A DNA stretch of 54,118 nt, filler included, from Jimgerdemannia flammicorona (taxonomy: Eukaryota), in the NCBI GenBank assembly GCA_003990765.1. It is 3 parts of 3 records of this genome, joined end to end, with 100 filler letters (N's around TTAATTAATTAA, not from the genome) between each part and the next. Parts side by side here need not be neighbours in the genome. Positions count along the whole stretch, not along the records: positions 36,150 to 54,118 come from RBNJ01002346.1; 2 more parts are not named here. One strand, 5' to 3'. Each line of letters starts with the position of its first letter. Within the stretch, counting starts at the first letter, position 1. Below are positions 49,955 through 54,118 of the stretch, in pieces. The notes under the pieces were generated by a model that ran no database searches, was not told where the DNA came from, and saw nothing but the letters and a program-made list of their open reading frames with translations. The translations under genes were made by a program, and so were the position numbers.

Positions 49955-52900
49955 TTTGGGGGCTCAACTGGGAAGATTTTTAAAATCGATGTGACTTTTC
50001 AGCTCACAAGAACCCACAGTCAAACTGGATACATTTGATACAACACCAATTTCTGCCACTACAGGAGAACCAGTCATCACTAGCATTTGGACAGGAAGAG
50101 AAGTAATCACCTCAAGACTTGCCAACTATCCAGCATCAGAAGGATCCCAACCAAAAGCAGGAGGCAGTACAGCCCGAAATCCCCAACCAGATCAACCAGA
50201 TCAACCAGACAATACAGGCAGCCCTGCTAGAGATTTTGGAGAACTTGCACAAGAACTAGAAGACCTTATCACATGAACTCAATACTTCACAGCTAGACAC
50301 CCCACACCAGTCCCACCAATCTCACCAATAGAACCCCTACCACAACCCCTTGCAGAACCAGAAGTAGCTCCTACAAGAATACCTAGGCCTACTCCACTCT
50401 GTCCAAGGACCAGAACACTATCTTCAAGATACCCAAGCATCCCCAACTCTAGTAATAGTTCAGGAAGTGAATCAGAATCAGAATCCGAACCAGAACCAGA
50501 ATCAGAAGAAAGTGACGACGAAATGGCCACCTCATTGCCAACCTTCGCAGGATATCCAGAGGAGGACCCCAGAGAATTCCTTGATGGAATCGAAGGAATT
50601 GCAGCCTTGAGAAACCTCTCAGATGAAAGAAAAATTGCCATCTACAAAGCCCAGCTCAGAGGACCAGCCAGAGGAATTTTCCACCGAACAGCAAACAATC
50701 CAGATTCGGAACTGGCAAGACAGATATAAGCAGCATTCTCCGATGAGCTAGAATATGAGGCCATGGTCCACTGGCTCATCGAAAAGTATGCAGGAAATGA
50801 AACCCACTACAAGGCTCAGGAATCTATCATGGGAATGAAGATGAATCTTGGAGAATCACCCAGGGCTTTCTTCACAAGAATCCAGAAGAGAATGCATTCT
50901 GCTGGGTTCAATGCCACCAACCAAGACATCATAGGTCCAATGACCTTCACGAATGGAATTCCTCCGAATATTGCCCAGCATGTCTGCACCCTAGGCATCA
51001 GAAGGTCTGAAGAGAAAGTAGATGCAGCCCAAGGATTCTTTGATGTCAGGCAAGGAACTACCTGGAGTGATCATGATAAGAAGGAAGATAAAGAAGATAT
51101 CCTGGTCAAAGCCCTGCAAGGACTCCTTCAAGGACAAGAAAGGACTGAAGAAAGAAGGCCAGCCAAGGAAGGAAAGAAGAATAGAAGCGAAATCCAAGAC
51201 CTCAGCTCCAAGTTGGACCGATTGGTTGGACAGATTGAAAAACTCACCACATGCGAAAATCGGAACTACCAAAACAACAGAGAGTACCCACCACAGAGGA
51301 GCCAAGGTTATCCACCAAGAGATAACAGGAATTACCAGCAAGAAGAAAGAAGGTACCCTGCCCGAGACAGAGCCCAAGTCTAATGCTTCTACTGTGGACA
51401 ATTCGGACACTATGCCACTAAATGTGACAACAAAAGAAGTAACCAAAGAAACTCAGAACCACTAAACCGAAGGAATGACACCCAGTACAAGAAGACTGAG
51501 GCCCATCCTGTTGAAGATTTCGAGGAAGCAAGCAACAGTGAAGACTACAGTGACCTAGACTTGTACCCTACCAAGGTTACAACCCGAAAAACAGTCTATC
51601 CAGCAGAGAAGAGAAAGAGACCTGTAGGAAGACCATCCAGGAACATCAGCAGAAGAATTATCCAAGAAGAGGACGAAGAACATGAGGAGGAACAAGCGGA
51701 AACACCTCCCCGAACCCCCTCACCTTTCGTGCCTGAGACAAACAAGCTGCCACCAGAAGATGAAGAAATGGAACAAGAGGAACAGGAACCTGTTGCTCCA
51801 AAGCCTAAAAAGAAGTACACCCCAAAGACCATGCCTAGGGATATTTACAATGAAGCCTGGCAGAAGATTCAAGAAGCCAAGATAGAAGTTCCTCTCCTGC
51901 AGTTCCTGCAATTGACACCAGCGGGAGTCCGAAACAAATTGCTGAGAACCACCAGATCTAGCACTGGCCGAGTTCCAATCCCAGAGCAAGAACCAGCTCC
52001 CATCCCTGTCCAAGCAGCTGAAAGACATATCAGCACCTACTTATATGGAGATATTGGAGGACAAAAAGCAAAAATCCTCATAGATACAGGAGCAGCTGTC
52101 TGTGTCATTGCCAAACGATTCTTGGACACCCTTCAATGGCCCATTGATGGACCATCCAACCTCAGCATCATAGTCGCAGATGGAGCCTGAACTCAACCCC
52201 TTGGAGAAGTACGAAATATCACTATCTCCCTTGGACACATTCAGTTCTCTATCCCCAAAGCTGTTGTCACCGAAGCTGTCACCTATGACATGATTCTTGG
52301 TACCAACTGGATGAAGGAAATGAATGCAGTTGTTGATATTGGCCAACAAGTACTCAAGTTTGACTACTGAGGCAAGAAGTACCGAGTTAAGGTGACCAGT
52401 TATGAGCAATCAAAGAAGAAAAAGAAGGTTACTATTCAGGAAGAATGTGCCAGCAGTGAGGAGTCTACTACAGAAGAGGAAGAAGAATCCGAAGATGGAA
52501 ATGATCCTAGACTCAATCCCCGAATCAATCTGGTGGATGACAGACCAGAAGATAATGTGTGGGCCAAGAATACCATCCCTATCACCATTGGAGCCATTGC
52601 AGGAGAAATCAAAGGATGCCCTACATGCCTCAAGAGACACAGGTGTCCTGAGCACTCCTCCAAGATTATGGGAACAAGGAAATCGCCTGGCACAGCCTGC
52701 CCAGAGTGCAGAAGAAAGAAGAAGAAATGCAGACATGTCCCAGAAACACCTGCAACCGAAGCTGCAGAAGTACAAGCGATTTGGGGCCAAGAATCATCCA
52801 AGGAAGAAGAAACTTCTGACCAAGAAGTTCCTGAACAAGAAGCACCCAATGAAGAAGAGGTCCCCAAACTCATTCCCTGGGATGACCCTCGCTGGACACC

Positions 52901-54118
52901 ACCCGAAGACAATGACCCTTGGAATATAGAAGAAGGTCCCAGCACAATCACCATTATTCCTAAGAAAGAAATGCACCAAGAGAAAGCTTTTCGGCTAGGA
53001 AGATGTCCACACCAAATGGTCTTCCACTCTCCCCGAGACTACTGCTATCAGTGTCACCTGTTGGACCAACAAGAAAGACAGAGACCCCAGAGACCAGAAC
53101 CCCCAACTACTCTTGCACAGTCCACCACCTTTCAAGAAGTCACCACAAGGTTACAAAGTCGATTTAGGGGACAAGGCTTCTTCACCTGAACAGAAATATA
53201 CCCCTTGTCTATCCTTCCCCCAACCTATGATCAAGATGGGTACCGATTTCCAAGACAACAAGAGATAAACAGCCAGGAACATCATTTTCGAGCAATGGGA
53301 TATTGCAACCATGTGAGACACCCTGACTGCCAAGACTGCTGACATCAGAAGGTTCACCTCAGTCATGATGTTGCAGTGCACACTTTGAAGAAAGGAGATA
53401 ACCAAAGCCAGATCCGAAAAAGCCAGATTCGAAAAAGTCAGACCAAGAAGCCAGGAAGAAGAATCCTCAAGATCTATGATTTGGGAGAAGATATCCTAGC
53501 TCTCATCAGACATGCTACCTGCCAGGGATGGGCAGAGGATGCTGCCAACTTCATGGAAGCCCTAGACCCTACAGGAAGAAGGGGAATCAATTACCTCTGA
53601 GACCCCTCTACTGGAGCCAGGTGGCCACACCTCAACCTTAGAGCTTGGAGACTTTCCGCCAGTGGAGCTTCAGCCTTAGGAAGGCCCAAACTCAGCAAGG
53701 ATATTGCCCAGTATGCCCTGCTGCACCCCAAGGCCAAACCCCCGACCAAAGCCCACCCAGAGGATGTAGGATATGATCTTTACAGCCTGGAGGACGAATC
53801 TATCAAGCCTGGAAAAACCTTCATGGTCAGAACTGGATTAGCCATACAGCCACCTCAAGGAGCTTATATTCAACTGACCTCAAGGTCTGGACTTGCCAGA
53901 CAAGGGATAACTGTAGAAGGAGGAACCATTGACCCAGGATATACAGGCAAAATCAAGGTCATCCTACACAACAGTAGTGGAGAATGGCACTGAATCATTA
54001 GAGGACAGAAGATTGCCCAAGCAGTCTTCATGGAGGTCAAGACCCCACAGTTACAGGAAGTCTCTGAACTAACTGAAGGAACAAGACAAGCTGAAGGATT
54101 TGGAAGTTCAGACAGGAA
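49955..54118 (+). mobile_element. Ty3/Gypsy family C internal region (gag-ZnK-PR-Cys/His-rich insert-dUTPase...), running off the window
   Basis: Gag LPTFAGYPEEDPREFL (50523); Zn knuckle CFYCGQFGHYATKC (~51384); protease ILIDTGA (~52075); dUTPase DVGYDLY..RSGL..GGTIDPGYTG..RQAEGFGSS (53700-54110). Largely one frame with scattered TGA/TAA stops. Confidence 0.9.
49957..49973 (+). promoter_or_regulatory. Primer-binding site of family C, tRNA-Pro-like
   Basis: TGGGGGCTCAACTGGGA versus the canonical Pro PBS TGGGGGCTCGTCCGGGAT. Confidence 0.75.

Overview
Eukaryotic, intron-rich DNA, most likely an early-diverging fungus (Mucoromycota/Endogonales-like; inferred from gene families, not proven). About 1-12 kb is a CpG-rich island of four genes: a signal-peptide/Kelch/single-TM protein (-), a TKL-type kinase with an apparent frameshift (+), a 10-exon GH46 chitosanase with a likely GPI signal (-), and a divergently transcribed 869-aa protein fusing a herpes-tegument-like (VTD) deubiquitinase domain to an RBR E3 ligase (+). 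About 13-54 kb is a CpG-depleted, transition-mutated transposon nest. It holds MITEs, an L1/Tx1-like LINE, a tandem chromovirus-type Ty3/Gypsy array with 2.1-2.2 kb LTRs (family A), and a decayed hAT interrupted by a complete second Gypsy (family B) and bounded by a third (family C). Two 100-bp artificial gap linkers break the assembly. Main discoveries: all three Gypsy families carry a dUTPase, at two different positions, plus a shared CPH..CxxC module. A homologous unnamed accessory protein occurs inside the family-A LTR U3, in an LTR-like fragment at 36-37 kb, and in the env position of family B. All alignments and splice models were done by eye.
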